The position numbers and the translations under genes were made by a program. Below, piece by piece: positions 62,201-64,000 of a stretch of 64,000 nucleotides of DNA. The stretch is from assembly GCF_018350175.1 (NCBI RefSeq), contig NC_058382.1, positions 43,338,001 through 43,402,000 of the forward strand, in the 5' to 3' direction. Below the pieces are notes generated by a model. The model saw nothing but the letters and a program-made list of their open reading frames with translations. It was not told the origin of the DNA and searched no databases. Source of the stretch: Felis catus. Taxonomy: Eukaryota. How positions within the stretch are numbered: the stretch's first letter is position 1; the number at the start of each line of letters is the position of its first letter.

Positions 62201-62206
62201 TTTATT
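62201..62206 (-). terminator. Probable DPEP2NB polyadenylation signal
   Basis: First AATAAA on minus that I found downstream of the stop at 62838 (~630 nt 3' UTR). Confidence 0.45.
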
Positions 62207-62837
62207 GAACAGTAAGAAATCCTACTGGGGCTAAGAAGGACTGGGAATGAAGGAGCGCGTGAGCCTCAGTGGTGGTGCCACCCACCTCTCCATTTTCTTC
62301 CTGCTCTGGGGAGTGGGTCTTCCTGGGTTTCCTTATTCTGCCTCCTGCCACTCCAGACAAGAGGCTCCCTGGGTAGACCCAGATTGCCTTTTTCAGTTTA
62401 AAAAAGTCCAGCTCCTCTTGGTTTAATTGGTGACTGCTGGCAATGACTCAGGGCAAGAGTCCATCTGATGGACTGAGTCCCTGCTAAGGCCACTCTGAAC
62501 CCTCCCTCTGCTCCTGCATCCTCCTTGGTTCAAAGAGTGCAAACTTTGCTTTCTTCTTCCCGAGAAGGGACTCTACAGGATTGAGTGGAGAAACATCAGG
62601 TTTTCTTCCAGGCCAGTTTTGGCTCTGGGATGTTCAGAGCAGGCTTTCATTTCAAACCTCAGCTTCTATGGCTCCTTGCCCATGGCCAGTTAGTATGGAA
62701 GGAGGCTCCTGGCTGAAGAAGGCTCAGACAGAATGGCTCAGGTTCTGATCTCCAGTGGTGGGCAGTGGGGGGGTCACTTCAGGAAGAGGCATTAGCTGTC
62801 TTAGGCAGTTAAATGTTTGCCATTCCTGTAAAGTGGC

Positions 62838-63136
62838 TCAGTCAGCAAGCTTCTTTGGGGTCATCCTCCTGCCACCATGCTTCAATCGCCGAATTTTGGG
62901 GCTGGAGCAACCTACGTCTTTATTTGACTCTGCCGTAGCTCGACGTCTTTTGGGAGCCTGGCTGGGAATTGGTTTCTCTGCTTCCGTCTTTGCTGGGGTG
63001 GCCACAGGAGCATCCCCATAGGTCCGGTAGCCACCAACCAGGCAGTACGTCTCCCCATGCCAGCCCACCTGGGTTTCTCCACACCCTCGGTAGAGGACAT
63101 GGTAGTGACCAGGTGTAGGAGAAGAGGGAGCCCCTG
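62838..63136 (-). CDS. DPEP2NB: DPEP2 neighbor protein, terminal coding exon (partial CDS; first exon outside the window)
   Basis: Strong acceptor ctgattttctttccaacag|CA. Frame reads GAPSSPTPGHYHVLYRGCGETQVGWHGETYCLVGGYRTYGDAPVATPAKTEAEKPIPSQAPKRRRATAESNKDVGCSSPKIRRLKHGGRRMTPKKLAD*, matching my recollection of human DPEP2NB (...PTPGHYHVLYRGCGETQVGWHGETYCLVGGYR...). Syntenic position upstream of DPEP2. Confidence 0.85.
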
Positions 63137-64000
63137 CTGTTGGAAAGAAAATCAGATCTAATCAGTCATTTCTGCTGTATACAGTGTCCTGCCAGGACCT
63201 ACCCTCTCATGTCTCTCCCAGTTTCTGGCTGAAGACCTTTAATCTGCTTGGTATTCAAAACACAGCCTTGGCCAGTCACCCCAATGAGTCCCCTAGAGAA
63301 GGAACATGGCTGCAAAGGTGATTCTCTGGAGCTCATGGCAGCAGCAGGAGACCTGGAAATCTGTTCCCCATTCTCAGAGGAAACAGTAGAGCCTGAAAAC
63401 AGTTGCAACCAGGATCCCCTCCATCTTTCCCTTCCATAGGGGGGAAATTCCTAAGGTCTATAACTTCTGAAGCTTTAATGGAAATACCTTTCAAGTGTTG
63501 GAAAAAATAACCTAAAATAAATGGATTAAGAAACCCTCCCATCTCCTCTTGGGCAACTCCTCTTGGGCCCCATTCATACTGCCTGTTTCAACCACACTGT
63601 CCTCTAGCCCTCTAATATTTTTATCTAGATTAGAAAATGGCCAAATACTAAGGCAGAATGATCAGGAGGTTCAAAGACAGATTCTGGGTAGCAAGTCTAG
63701 GCTTACATCAACCCAACCTCCTGGGACACCATTTCATCAACCCTCCAGTCTTGGTATCACTTCATCACTCTCATTGGCTCTTTTGTTCTGCCCGTGCACA
63801 TGACACCACCACCCTTACCCTAATACTCAGCAGCTCCGTCTGGGGTGTGTTTGAGGGGCCCCATGTGGATGTTTACACGACAGCATGGTGAAGGTGCCTG
63901 GGTTTGAAGGGGAGGTTCATGAGCGGACCTCAACGGTCCTTCCTCAAACTGCTCCATTTCTTACTTGCCAATAAAAATTCGCTCGACTTTTGCTAAGAGG

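Overview
Mammalian genomic DNA, almost certainly a felid: young SINEC_Fc-type Can-SINEs and a felid-type L1 3' end are present. It is not prokaryotic, so most short ORFs in the supplied track are exon fragments or noise. Six protein-coding genes lie head-to-tail, all on the minus strand, in the order known from human 16q22.1. From left to right: PSMB10 (8 exons, 273 aa), LCAT (6 exons, 440 aa), SLC12A4/KCC1 (24 exons, 1086 aa, plus two alternative coding first exons), DPEP3 (10 coding exons, 479 aa), DPEP2 (10 coding exons, 473 aa), and the terminal coding exon of DPEP2NB, whose first exon lies beyond the right edge. All exons were placed by hand with GT-AG boundaries and consistent phases. 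I did not find a new multi-gene system; this is a conserved, known locus. The best leads are: an extra Asp-to-His change at a Zn ligand of the already degenerate DPEP3 site; perfect-identity tracts between DPEP2 and DPEP3 (possible gene conversion); two intact alternative SLC12A4 N-termini; a rare GAG acceptor on an in-frame-skippable KCC1 exon; the uncharacterised DPEP2NB microprotein; and an unexplained ~62-bp duplicate of its 3' UTR. Repeat boundaries are approximate. Family and orthologue assignments come from recalled sequences, not from database searches.
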